Part shown: positions 26,803-38,328 of the stretch, piece after piece | Layout of the letters: each line of letters starts with the position of its first letter | How positions within the stretch are numbered: the first letter of the stretch is position 1 | Source: Octopus sinensis | Taxonomy: Eukaryota | Length of the DNA: 64,000 bases | Assembly: GCF_006345805.1 (NCBI RefSeq) | Contig: NC_042997.1 | Coordinates: forward strand, 183,830,001 to 183,894,000 | Direction of reading: 5' to 3' | Notes under the pieces: generated by a model | Databases searched by the model: none | Told to the model about the DNA's origin: nothing | Seen by the model: the letters and a program-made list of their open reading frames with translations, nothing else | Translations under genes and position numbers: made by a program

Positions 26803-27358
26803 GTAACCCCTTATGTTTGTCTCTGTTTTTATTCATTCATCATTCTTCCTTGCTTTGCCTCTGTTCATTCATTCATTCCTTTCTTTCCCACCCTAAAGGA
26901 TAGGAAGAGAGCTACAGCTAAAGGGGTATAGTGTGTTAAAAGGGAGAGTGAGTGATAGGCAGTTGTATGATAGTTGATAGTAAGGAAATTGAATAGAAGC
27001 AACATAACCAAGCAGTTGATAAAAGAGAGAAATGGAAGTTAGAGAACCAGAGCAAGAGAGTGATAGAGAGGAGAGGGTAATAGAAAAGCTGAGACCCCCC
27101 TTCGGTCACGACACAGACCATGGGATTGCACCTAGAAAGTTACCATCCCAGGCACAAGTCTGGGCAAGGTTGTTTATGGAAGACCAGCAGTCGCCCATGC
27201 ATACCTGCCTCCTCTCTCCACGCCACCAGTGTTATCCAAGGGAAAGGCAAGGGCCGATACAGCTTGGTACCTGTGACGTTGCAACTTATTTCTACAGCTG
27301 AGTAAACTCGAGCAATGTGAAATAAACTGCCTTGCTCAAGAACACAACATGCAGCCCG
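26803..27358 (+). repeat. Inserted copy of 555-bp local duplication
   Basis: Interrupts a GAT-tailed repeat (26600-26802 + 27359-27622). Confidence 0.95.
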
Positions 27359-29110
27359 CTTCACTGGAACCTGTGCCAGTGGCACGTGTAAAAAGATTTG
27401 AGCGAGGTCATTGCCAGTACTGCCTGACTGGCCCCCATGCCGGTGGAATGTAAAAAGCACCCACTACACTCTCGGAGTGGTTGGCGTTAGGAAGGGCATC
27501 CAGCTGTAGAAACTCTGCCAGATCAAGATTGGAGGCTGGTGCAGCCATCTGGTTTGCCAGCCCTCAGGCAAAATCGTCCAACCCATGCTAACATGGAAAG
27601 CGGACGTTAAACGATGATGATGAAATCCAGCTTAAATCAATATGAGATACCAAAAAGATTACATTTTAGTTTAATGTTTTTCAAGTGTATCTTTGGAAAA
27701 CGATTGTTTCTGTTGAAATTATTTAGTTAACAACAGCTGTCAGTTTTCTTTTCTTTGTCCTTTTGAAACTTAATATATATTTCATGAACTCAATGTATGT
27801 GTGAAAGTTCAGTTTTTCATAATTTCTATCAAAGCCTCAAGAGATCTACTTTCTCTTTCAGTCCTTCGATGTCATAAACTATTGAAGTTAAATCTCTCTC
27901 TCTCTCTCTCCCCACACACATATATCATACATACATACATACATACTTATGTATACATATATGTATGCATCTAAGTATTTTATCAGCTGGATTTAAATAC
28001 TATATGGACTGAGATCTCTGTTGACTGGTCACTAGTATGTGCATTATGGACTTAAGCCTACTAATTTAGGCAGTCAAAGGCTATGATATTGCTTTGGTTT
28101 AGCAGTTAGTTCAGTTAAGTGGTTTATAGCAAATGTGGTGTTTGAATCCTGCATGTGATGTTACAACTTTTATCTATTTTCTGTATGGAATGAGATGTGT
28201 CTGTGTATGTATGTATGTATGTGTGTGTAAACGATGTGAAATTGTAATATCCGTAAGTTGATGAACGAAATGAATTTGTTTCTCCATTTTCTCATTTGTA
28301 TTATGAATTTACGGGAAAAATATTTTTTACCTTCACCCATTTAATACAATAAATGAATTAATTGCATTGCAATTAAAAGCATTTATGTATTAAGAATTTG
28401 GGTACTTTACCAGCAGTATATTGGATAATTGATATCCCATAGTGGGTTACATTCATAACCCCTATCTTACTTTGTATGTGTATATATATATATTATAATA
28501 ATAATATATAAATATATGCATATATACATATATGTACATACCTACATCTATATGTATATATACATGCATATATGGCTACAGGACAAAAAAAAAACGTTGA
28601 ACACAATGAGAAATGAAAACATAAAAACAAAAACATAGAAACAAACTTTTTTTGAACAACGAAAACAAACAAACAGAGAAACAAGGCATACAACATAAAG
28701 AATATTCTCCTACTTCAGTTGTCCCTGTTTTATCTACTCCATGTTTCGAAGGGGAGATAATCCGTCCTAATTAACGTTTTTATATGTTAGCTCGATATCT
28801 GAGCTAAATCTCAATATCTGAGTGTTTCCTCACGTCCACAAAGTTTAATAATTTTTGTTTCTTTGTATGTAGTCTGACAAACTATCTACAAGGCTTTCAT
28901 GGATACAAAACCTTTGGTAGCTCTATGACCAGAATTTAACTTCTTGTTTTACTAACTACTGATTTTTTAAATTTAGAATGTGGTTCTTTTCTTATGTTTT
29001 ATTGACTATGTATATATAAATATGTGTGTGTGTGTATGTATCTTTCAGCTATTCAAGAAAAATTTAATGACTTCAATTTCTTATATGTTGCATTTTCAAT
29101 CTGCTTATAG

Positions 29111-29413
29111 GAGACGGACATCGGTTGAACGCTCACCTCCTCACAAACGCTCTCGAAGCTCTCCAAAGCGCATATCACATGACTCAAAATCTAAGCATCG
29201 TTCTAATTCACCTTTACATCGGTCCAAGAGAGACAGTAGCCCAATATCTCGTCAGCGCTTTGACATTGGACGAAAGCAACACAAAACTTCTCAGCTGTCC
29301 TCTACTAACAACAACGATGATGATGATGTTCTCATTGTGAGTGAAAGTAGAGGATACAGTAAAAGAGCTGATAAGTACCGTTTCCGTAGGTCAAGGAGTA
29401 GATCCCCAAATCG
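29111..29413 (+). CDS. PRPF4B: PRPF4B exon 3 (RS domain)
   Basis: ttatag...CG|gtaagt; RRRTSVERSPPHKRSRSSP...RSRSRSPNR; phase 2-2. Confidence 0.9.
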
Positions 29414-29684
29414 GTAAGTGCATTTATTTTTTATCTAATATCTTCACAGTTATGTTGTTCTGGTTTCACTCACACTCTATGGGATACGAAATATTTTGGT
29501 GCTGCTTATTTAGCACTGCTTAATTTGACACTGACTTATTTTGACATCAGATGTTTTAATGTTTTACTCATTCTCTCTCCCTGTTTATGTGCAAGCGAAT
29601 CTCTCTTTATGTGTATGAAGAGAAAGAAAGTATTTATATCAGATGTATTCAATTAATAGGCGTAAGTGTGGCTGTGTGGTAAGT

Positions 29685-31108
29685 AGCTTGCTTCCGGTTA
29701 CCCATACTGCATTTGGTTTGTCGATTGTGTCCGAGTCGGACGTCGGTTTTGTTGCTGCGGTGAGACAATGTAGTCGGACCTTACCGGGTCTGAGCTGTCT
29801 TCAGAGGAGGAGCTCGTGAGGGCGGTCATAGCAATGGACAGTATGCTAGAAAAGACCAGGAGTTTTGCAGAGGTCACGGAGAAGAAACGAAAGGAGCTGG
29901 ACTTGGCTGGTCTGAAAAACCATGGCAAGATGCTACAGAAGGTGGGAGGGGACGTAAGACTGTCGCCTCCCAAAGGAATTATGGAGAAGATAGAAAGGAA
30001 GACTATCACCTATAAGGTGTTCTCTTTAAAAGGAAAAAGGGCTGAACAGGTGGAAGCGGATACAGAAAGAGTGCTAAGAGAGAGGTCAAAAGAAATCACA
30101 TACATCACAAAAGGAAAAAGATACGGAACAATGGTCGTCCAATTTAGGACAGCTGAAGAGGCAATGAGGCTGGCAAGTGTGGTGGTGAAAACGGAGGAGG
30201 TAGTGCTTCTGCCCAAATACCTGGGAAAAAAAACTTCTAAAGTGAGGGTAGAAGCAATTCCGCCGGATGTTGAAGAGGCTTGGGTAGTGGCAGCTGTCCT
30301 TGTTGGAAGCGAGGAAAAGGTGGCTGTCCTCCAAGCCACAGAAACAGAAGACGGAGGGTGCAAAGGAAGGACGCTCGAATTAATCATTCAGACGGAGGAG
30401 GAACAACTTGAGAACTTGGCAGAGACTGTGACGCTGGGGGAAATCATGCTGAGGGTGTGGGTAGAGGGCAGAGTACCACGTTACTTTAAATGTGGCCAAA
30501 AGGGCCACATTAGAGCATACTGCCCTCTACGAAAGACTACGGCCGAGGATGTGGTTGCGGAGACAGAAGAGAAAAGAGAGGAAAGAAAAAAAAGACGCAA
30601 GGAGCGATGAAAAGGAGGAATGGAAAGTTGCAGAGCGCACAAGAAGAAAGAGAAAAAAAAGAAAAGACACTGAGTATGATGTGGCACCCCAGTCCAACCC
30701 TATCCCACCCAAGACCATTCAGACCCACCCACTCCATTTCCCCTCAAGAAAAAAAGAAAAAAAAAGAACAGACACCACAAAATTTAGAAGACCCCCCTCC
30801 CGGCAAAAAAGGTTATGAATGCATGATGGAGAGAAGGTTACCATCAAGTGACAGGATTGAACGAAAAGAGAAAAAGGACTCAGGACCCAGAGACAGCGAG
30901 TTGTGTTATTCAGTGTGGGGTGAGTAGCACACTCTTCATAATATCATTTTCAGATATCATTCATATTATCATATTTTAATTTGTTCTTCATGTGCATTTT
31001 CATGTTCATTCATTATATCATATTTTATTTTTTAATTGTTATATGTTCCCACATGTGTTGTAGTGTCCCATCTGTGTACTGCCTTTATGGCAAATTTAAT
31101 AAAATAAA
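29685..31108 (+). mobile_element. ORF1-only Tx1/L1-like non-LTR element
   Basis: CTTCCGGTT 5' end; 264-aa ORF 29816-30610 with knuckle (Y)FKCGQKGHIRAYC; frameshifted basic tail; AT-rich 3' UTR ending AATAAAATAAA; no RT/endonuclease. Confidence 0.7.
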
Positions 31109-31122
31109 GTAGCTCGCTAACC

Positions 31123-31325
31123 AGCTTGCTTCCGGTTGCCCATACTGCATTTGGTTTGTCGATTGTGTCCGAGTCGGACGTCGGTTTTGTTGCTGCGGTG
31201 AGACAATGTACTCGAACCTTACCGGGTCTGAGCTGTCTTCAGAGGAGGAGCTCGTGAGGGCGGTCATAGCAATGGACAGTATGCTAGAAAAGACCAGGAG
31301 TTTTGCAGAGGTCACGGAGAAGAAA
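31123..31325 (+). repeat. Second head-to-tail copy of the element's first 203 bp
   Basis: Matches 29685-29887 with 3 mismatches. Confidence 0.95.
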
Positions 31326-31474
31326 TGTGTGTAGTGGCTAACGATCTATCATGGTGACTGATATATATATATATAATAATGATAATAATAATAAATGACA
31401 ACAAAAAAATGAGACCTTGATATTAAGTAAATAGAGGAATTTATATATGTATATTTTAGGGCAATCAGTAAGTT

Positions 31475-31545
31475 GTCATAATAGGACTCAGAGTTTCAAA
31501 TGCCAGTGCTAAGAGCTACGATGCATTCTCATCGGCTATTATGAC
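31475..31545 (-). ncRNA. Type I hammerhead ribozyme motif (U4C variant)
   Basis: GTCATAATAG-CCGATGA-GAATGC..GCATTT-GAAAC-TCTGA-GTC-CTATTATGAC: 10-bp stem I, 6-bp stem II, palindromic stem III, GUC triplet. Confidence 0.8.
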
Positions 31546-32589
31546 AATAGATGCTATAAAAAAAAACATTAAATAAAAGGGAAGTTACTCTAATAGGTAG
31601 GATAAAATATAAAAGATAAAAAATACACACAACCATATTCTTACAATACATAGACATAAAACCTCCTGTTATGGTTTTGTCCCCCCCCCCACCGGATCAC
31701 GGATAGAATCTGCATTTTTACTTTGTTCCTGTACAAGCTTTCCATATGTCTTAACATGTTTTATTGTTTCATATATTTTTTTCATTTTTCCTTTTTAATG
31801 GTGTGACTGTACATGTGTGAGTATATGTATGTATATATTAAATGTGTATGTGTGCATGTGTATATATGTGTACGCGTGTATGTATGTATACGAGTGCAGG
31901 ACTGTGTCCAGTACATAGGGATATATATATATATAAATATATCTGTGTACATATGTACATTCATATATGTGGTTAGTGTGAATGTATGCCTGTATGAGTA
32001 TGTATATGTATGTATATATATATATATATCATCATCATCATCATCATCATCATCGTTTAACGTCCGCTTTCCGCGCTAGCACGGGTTGGACGGTTCGACC
32101 GGGTCTGGGAAGCCAGGGGCCGCTCCAGGCTCCAGTCTGAATCTGGCAGGTTTTCTACGGCTGGATGCCCTTCCTAACGCCAACCACTCCGAGAGTGGAT
32201 TGGGTGCTTTTTACGTGCCACCTGCACAGGGGCCGGAGGGGTCCGGCATCGTCACGATCGGTTCGAGCATTTTAACGTGTCAGCGGCACGGGGGCAACGA
32301 GGTCCGGGGTACTTTGGGGATCCGGGGTACTTAGAATGGGTAGGGGGTATGTGGAATTGCTGCAGAAAGCAGCCCGGGTCTTTAGGATATTACGAGGCAG
32401 GGAGGGTACTAAAAGGGGATGGTCGGATTGAGGCGGTGTCAGGAGGAAGCAAAGATCGGTGGGCAGTTGATGAGCTATGGCGCTAGCAGCTTGTCTTTTC
32501 ACAGTGAAAGCATATGAGGATAAGGGGTAGTGGGGGGCGGAGGAGGGAGTAGGGCGTATCCGGTGTAGATGGTGAGAACAGGGTATACT

Positions 32590-32820
32590 GGTATTGGTGG
32601 TAGGGGTGAGAGCAGTGTTCAACCGGTATTGGTGGGGGGGTGAGAACAGTGTTCACCGGTATTGGTGGTGGCGGTGAGAGCAGTGTTCACCGGTATTGGT
32701 GGTGGCAGTGAGAGCAGTGTTCATCGGTATTGGTGGTGGGGGTGAGAACAGTGTTCACCGGTATTGGTGGTGGGGGGGAGTGAGAACAGTGTTCATCGGT
32801 ATTGGTGGTGGGGGTGGGGG
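32590..32820 (+). repeat. G-rich minisatellite, ~34-bp unit x6.5
   Basis: GGTATTGGTGGTGGCGGTGAGAGCAGTGTTCACC and variants. Confidence 0.95.
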
Positions 32821-33658
32821 GGCGGGGCGCACCGCCAATGGCGGAAAGATGGGAAAAGATAGGATTACGGCTTGAGGTAGCCTAAGGTTAAATTGTAGAG
32901 AGAGAGAGAGAGAGAGATAGGAAAGATAAATCAAGTTATGGCGAAGGCTTGAAAGTAGCCTAAAAGGTTAATTTTCGTAGCGAATGAGATGGGTAATACG
33001 AATCAAGTTATCAATGTATGAATAAACGTAGTAACAACGAATAAAAAATAGTAAGATAAATTTTAAAGAGGAACTTGCTGCGGCATCGACCGGGGGTTGA
33101 AATATATAACACAGACGGGACATTCGAAGCCTTCAATCTTCAGTAATGAACCGGAACATCCTCACAATTTTGGCTGATTAATCTTGAGATTGCTCCAATC
33201 TGGCCAGCCCAAGGAAAAACTAAGCTAAGTGCATTAGATTCCTTGGTAAAAAGCTTCGAATATATATGAAACAAGGACGGAAAATGGACGATGTTACACG
33301 AATATGAATACAAAAATAGGGACGGAATGCGTATGTTTATATGTATAATTGTCTAAATATATATGTAGACATATACCTATGCATATATGAAGATGAAGTT
33401 GCATGCATATATGTGTGTATGTGCGTGGATATGTGTATGACTATGTAAATGCACATATATGTTTGTGTGTGTGTATGGGCATGTACATATACATGTTTGT
33501 GTGAGTGTGTACGTATGTAGATGTTTATGAACGCAGGAGGTTTTTATGTCTATGTATTGTGAGAATATGGTTGCGTGTATTTTTTAACTTTTATATTTTT
33601 TCCTACTCTATTAGAATAACTTTTCTTTTATTCAACGTTTTTTTTTATAGCATCTATT

Positions 33659-33730
33659 GTCATAATAGTCATTGAGAATGCATCGTAGCTCTTAGCTCTG
33701 GCATTAGAAACTCTGAGTTCCTATTATGAC
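33659..33730 (+). ncRNA. Degenerate hammerhead motif, inverted copy of 31475-31545
   Basis: Same stems; core mutated to TCATTGA and an extra T at the cleavage triplet (GTTC). Confidence 0.65.
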
Positions 33731-33754
33731 AACTTACTGATTGCCCTAAACTAT

Positions 33755-33790
<36 letters not shown>

Positions 33791-33854
33791 GTTATACTAT
33801 TTATATTTCTTACTTTTTGTAGTTTTTATATATATATTTATATTACTTTTCTAG

Positions 33855-34055
33855 TATGAAGCATCGTGGAAGAGATAGAAGCTACTCTCCTAGGAGATAT
33901 GGACGAAGCAGGTCACCTCGTGATAGGAAACAAAGAACTACTGAAGATCGTCGTGCTAAGCGCCATGCTGAAGAGTTTAAAGGACCTGTAGATAAATTCA
34001 AAGACAGTTTGTCTGAGGGTTTGTTTTTGCAAGTTGAAATATCTTCTGAAGAAGA
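33855..34055 (+). CDS. PRPF4B: PRPF4B exon 4
   Basis: ttctag...GA|gtaagt; RSYSPRRYGRSRSPR...DKFKDSLSEGL. Confidence 0.93.
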
Positions 34056-36427
34056 GTAAGTACTTCTGTCCTTTTTTATTTTTTAGTGGCATTTGAGTGT
34101 AGTATTTTTTCAGTATTCTTAAACTGTTCTTCTCAATCTTATCAACCTTCCTCATTATTACTCCTTCCCTCAGTTGAGGGGTCATCATCATCATTATCAT
34201 CATTGTTTAATGTCCGTTTTCCATGCTAGCATGGGTTGGACAGTTCGACTGGGGTCTGGGAGGCCGGGAGGCTGCACCAGGCTCCAGTCTGATCTCGCAG
34301 TGTTTCTTCAGCTGGATGCTCTTCCTAACACCAACCACTCCGTGAGTGTAGTGGGTGCTTTTTACGTGCCACCGTCACGGGCCAGGGGAGGCTGGCAACG
34401 GCCACGATCAGTTGGTGCTTTTTATGTGCCACTGGCATGGAAGCGTCTTGTAAATTATTTGGTGACATCATTGCTGCTGGCACCACATGACAAGCACCCA
34501 GTCCACACTGTAAAATGGTTGGCATTAGGAAGGGCATCCAGCTATAAAAACCATACCAAAGCAGACAATAGAGCATGGCACAAGTCTTCTGACTTGCCCG
34601 GTCCTGTCAAACCATCCAACCCATGCCAGCATGGAAAGTAGACATCAAATGATGATGGTGATGATGATTGGTTGTCAGATTAGATTGAGTTTCAGTTAAG
34701 TCTAGTAAAGAGTTGGATTCAGTAAATTTGTTGGAATATTTTTGTTTAATAAGCTGACATTCTGAAAACAACTGTAAATTATTCTGAAATCTTTTTGCTT
34801 TAGATCGAACCAGCTATTGTAATAATTGATAGATTTTAGTTAATTGCAATGTCCGTCATTTTGGTGACATGCAATCACATGACTTGTGATTAATCTATTT
34901 GTGTCGATATCGAGAGGTTTTATCTTTCTCTGTTATAGTTACTTTTTGTCAACAGTGCTAATTACTGTTTTGAATGTAAATTATATTGATAAGGAGTTTT
35001 ATTTATACATTGCTTTATAAATAGCTTTCTACCCTGCCATTTTTCTAGTGTAAGTGGTGGTGGTGGTGGTGGTGGTTGCAGCTGAGGAGGTGAGACTTTT
35101 GTTTTGAGGTCCATCCTCTACTTGTGTCCATTTGCAAGTATTGCACCAACTGATAAGGATACCAAGTTTCAAACCAAGAACATTATGCTTCCTGGCTGAA
35201 TACTCTACTCACAGACTGATTATTTGGTATGAAGCTAAGTTTTTATTAATAAGAAAATGTTGATGATAATTAGTAATAATGGTAACATATAGTGAATACA
35301 CAAATAAAATATAATGAGTTATTAAGTAGTATCTGATATGATAAATATTTGTCAGTGCTATAATTACGATGTGTATGTCAAGCAAGTAAGATATTGGCTA
35401 TGTCTCCAAATGTATCTGCAGTTACTTTTGACATCTAATTACCAGAAAGTCCAATAATTAATGTAGAAGAAAATTATTGTGATATTAATCAGCTTCAATT
35501 AAGTGAACATGTCTTTTCCATTTTTGTTGCTCTTTATCTTTTCTAAGTTGTTTTTTTAATTGAATTTTTGTTTATTTTTTATGCCAAGTACAATGTTCTT
35601 TGAAAAATTACTTTTTAATAGGCGTAGAAGAGATTGTGTGGTAAGTAGCTTGGTTCTGGGTTCAGTCCCACTGTGTGGCACCTTAGGCAAGTGTCTTCTA
35701 CTATAGCCTCAGGCCGACCAAAGCCTTGTGAGTAGATTTGGTAGACGGAAACTGAAAGAAGCCCATCGTATATATGTATATATATGTTTGTGTTTGTGTG
35801 TCTGTGTTTGTCCCCCAACATTGCTTGACAACCGATGCTGGTGTGTTTACATCCCCATAACTTAGCAGTTTGGCAAAAGAGACCGATAGAATAAGTACTA
35901 GGCTTACAAAGATTAAGTCCTGGGGTCGATTTGCTTGACTAAAGGCGGTGCTCCAGCATGGCCGCAGTCAAATGACTGAAACCAGTAAAAGAGTAATATT
36001 ATTTTTTTATTTTCAAAATGTCTCATAACTTTTTTTATGGCTCTCTTAATGCTAATCCTTCCACTGCCAAGTGTCGGTTGTACATAATTTTATTGTCAAG
36101 TTCATGCAAATGTCTCAGCTTACAAAAATCTTCCCACTTGTTCTATAATTAAGAAATAGATCTAAAGTCTAGAAAAAAATATCACAATTTTATCCATTTC
36201 ATTCTATGTTGTTGATGACTTTTAGAAAAACAAAAGTATCTCAGCTAATGATTTTCATCCAATGTCTTAGGTTTGAAACAACAACAAGTAAACTATTATA
36301 ATCAGCAGCTTTTTCTTCATTTAATACCAAAATTAGTTACTAGTAGATATATTCACATAGTTAAAATGCTATTAATATTGTGTGTAATTATTAAAAGAGT
36401 CAAGTTTTTTTTCACTTTTCCATCCTA

Positions 36428-36741
36428 ATGAGACGTCATGCCCTCCGTCGTCAACCAGGAGAATTCATCTACAAAGCAATTGCCCCAGCTCCCCTTCAGG
36501 GTTGGCGAAAGCAATGTGGTGGACAACGAAAAACCTGGCTGACGACGGTCAAGGCTGATCTGGAACCTAACCTAGGCCCCCATATCTATGGCATTCGCCG
36601 CTGGAATAAGGAGTGGTTGGAGATCACGCGGTCATTAGCCTCAAATCGCCAGGCCTGGTCAGCGTTTGTGAGAGATGCAGCATTGAGGATGAATGAAGCC
36701 AGCTCAACCCACCCCGGTTGAATGCTGTAAGAAGAAGAAGA
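36428..36741 (+). mobile_element. RTE-type LINE 3' end, second family
   Basis: GWRKQCGGQRKTWLTTVKADLE...LASNRQAWSAFVRDA; (GAA)n tail. Confidence 0.85.
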
Positions 36742-37409
36742 CAACTTTTCCATATAGGTTTACTGGCATTTTAAGATAGATAGAAAATTTGATAATTTAC
36801 ACATCTTATTTTTTACTATTTACTCTTTGAGTTTTCTATAATTTATTTAAACTCAACAAGGCTAGTGTTAAATAATGTCGCTACTGATGTTTTTTGTTAA
36901 AAAAGCAAAATAACTTTGCCTGAACATGCCTTAAGCCTGAAGATAGCTTATCAAAAAAAGCATTCAGTAGGCATTAACGACTCTGGCTATCCCATCCTTA
37001 ATGTAGGTCAGTTTTTATAAGAACTTACAAAGCATTTCATACATGCTTTTGTAAGTTTTAACACTAGCTTTTAAACTGGTGATATCCAGCTAAATATTCC
37101 ACCAATTTTATATTCAAACTGGTCAGATCTAGCCTCTTACACCTACCCCCTACTATGTCATTCTAACGATAAAAAAGCTCTTCATAGAAATTTTGAAGCT
37201 ACAAGATAATGCGTGATAAATTTTTAAAGATGTGAATAACTAAGCATTACATTTGACAGAGTAACCTGAATGCAAATGGATTAAAGCTGAAAGAATGTTT
37301 AGTGAGAGATTTTGCTGCTGCACATAGTAAGTCAATCATTTGCATAGAAATACTGTCATTGATTCATGATGTGAAGTATATCATGTGACATTTCCAATAA
37401 TAATAATTT

Positions 37410-38010
37410 TCTAAGCATAGGAGTGGCTGTGTGGTAAGTAGCTTGCTTACGAACTGCATGGTTCCAGGTTCAGTCCCACTGCGTGGCACCTTGGGCAAGT
37501 GTCTTCTACTATAGCCTCGGACCGACCAAAGTCTTGCGAGTGAATTTGGTAGACGGAAACTGAAAGAAGCCCGTCGTATATATGTATATATATATGTGTG
37601 TGTGTTTGTGTGTCTGTGTTTGTCCCCCCAACATCGATTGACAGCCGATGCTGGTGTGTTTACGTCCCCGTAACTTAGCGGTTCGGCAAAAGAGACTGAT
37701 AGAATAAGTACTAGGCTTACAAAGAATAAGTCCTGGGGTTGATTTGCTCGACTAAAGAGACCGATAGAATAAGTACAAGGCTTACAAAGAATAAGTCCTG
37801 GGGTTGATTTGCTCGACTAAAGAGACCGATAGAATAAGTACAAGGCTTACAAAGAATAAATCCTGGGGTTGATTTGCTCGACTAAAGAGACCGATAGAAT
37901 AAGTACTAGGCTTACAAAGAATAAGTCCTGGGGTCGATTTGCTCGACTAAAGGCGGTGCTCCAGCATGGCGACAGTCAAATGACTGAAACAAATAAAAGA
38001 GTAAAAGAGT
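37410..38010 (+). mobile_element. tRNA-derived SINE family A with 4x65-bp tandem expansion
   Basis: Head GGAGTGGCTGTGTGG..GGTTCAGTCCC..CCTTGGGCAAG, central (TA/TG)n. Other copies ~3840-4100(-), 16345-16660(-), 19965-20080, 21262-21490, 35618-35995, 40930-41322(-), 42025-42432(-), 50675-51045, 52375-52760, 56030-56408. Confidence 0.9.
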
Positions 38011-38074
38011 ATTAATATTTTTAAAGTTTTTAATATTTTACTATAATGCTTATTAGTTAATGTTTCTATTTCAG

Positions 38075-38162
38075 AGGTGATTTAGATTTTTCTGAAAAGG
38101 AAGATGATGATGTGGATGCAATTATTGAAAAACGTAGGAAAGAAAGAGAAGCATTGTTAGAG
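38075..38162 (+). CDS. PRPF4B: PRPF4B exon 5
   Basis: tttcag...GAG|gtaata; EDDDVDAIIEKRRKEREALLE (human EEALIEQRR region); phase 2-0. Confidence 0.9.
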
Positions 38163-38328
38163 GTAATATATTTGGTTACTATCAACAGAGTTAAACTGAA
38201 TTCTAACAAACGTGTATTTCTTGTGGTATTTTTTTGTCTTTCCAAATTTATTAACAATTTCTTAATTTTGTTTTCATGGTTCTAGGTAATTGTTTGAGAT
38301 AGTTCTATAAGAAATTTGTACCCAATTT

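Larger units (their letters stand above)
31455..33750. mobile_element. Foldback/Penelope-like composite with ~215-bp inverted arms (31455-31668 / 33534-33750)
   Basis: Arms ~90% identical by eye, each carrying a hammerhead motif; ~1.87-kb spacer. Confidence 0.7.

Noticed and set aside
28700-28750. Hammerhead in Penelope-like fragment (GAAAC...CTGAAG on - strand)
   Set aside because: Stem I does not pair and the core reads CTGAAGT.
29685-31325. LTR retrotransposon (203-bp direct repeats as LTRs)
   Set aside because: The repeats include the ORF start, lack TG...CA ends, PBS and PPT, and the poly(A) signal lies outside the repeat.
33115-33155. Hammerhead-like CTGAAGA...GAAT on - strand
   Set aside because: GAAA is not present and there is no stem I complementarity.
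37691-37950. CRISPR-like array
   Set aside because: Units are contiguous without unique spacers, derive from a SINE tail, and the context is eukaryotic.
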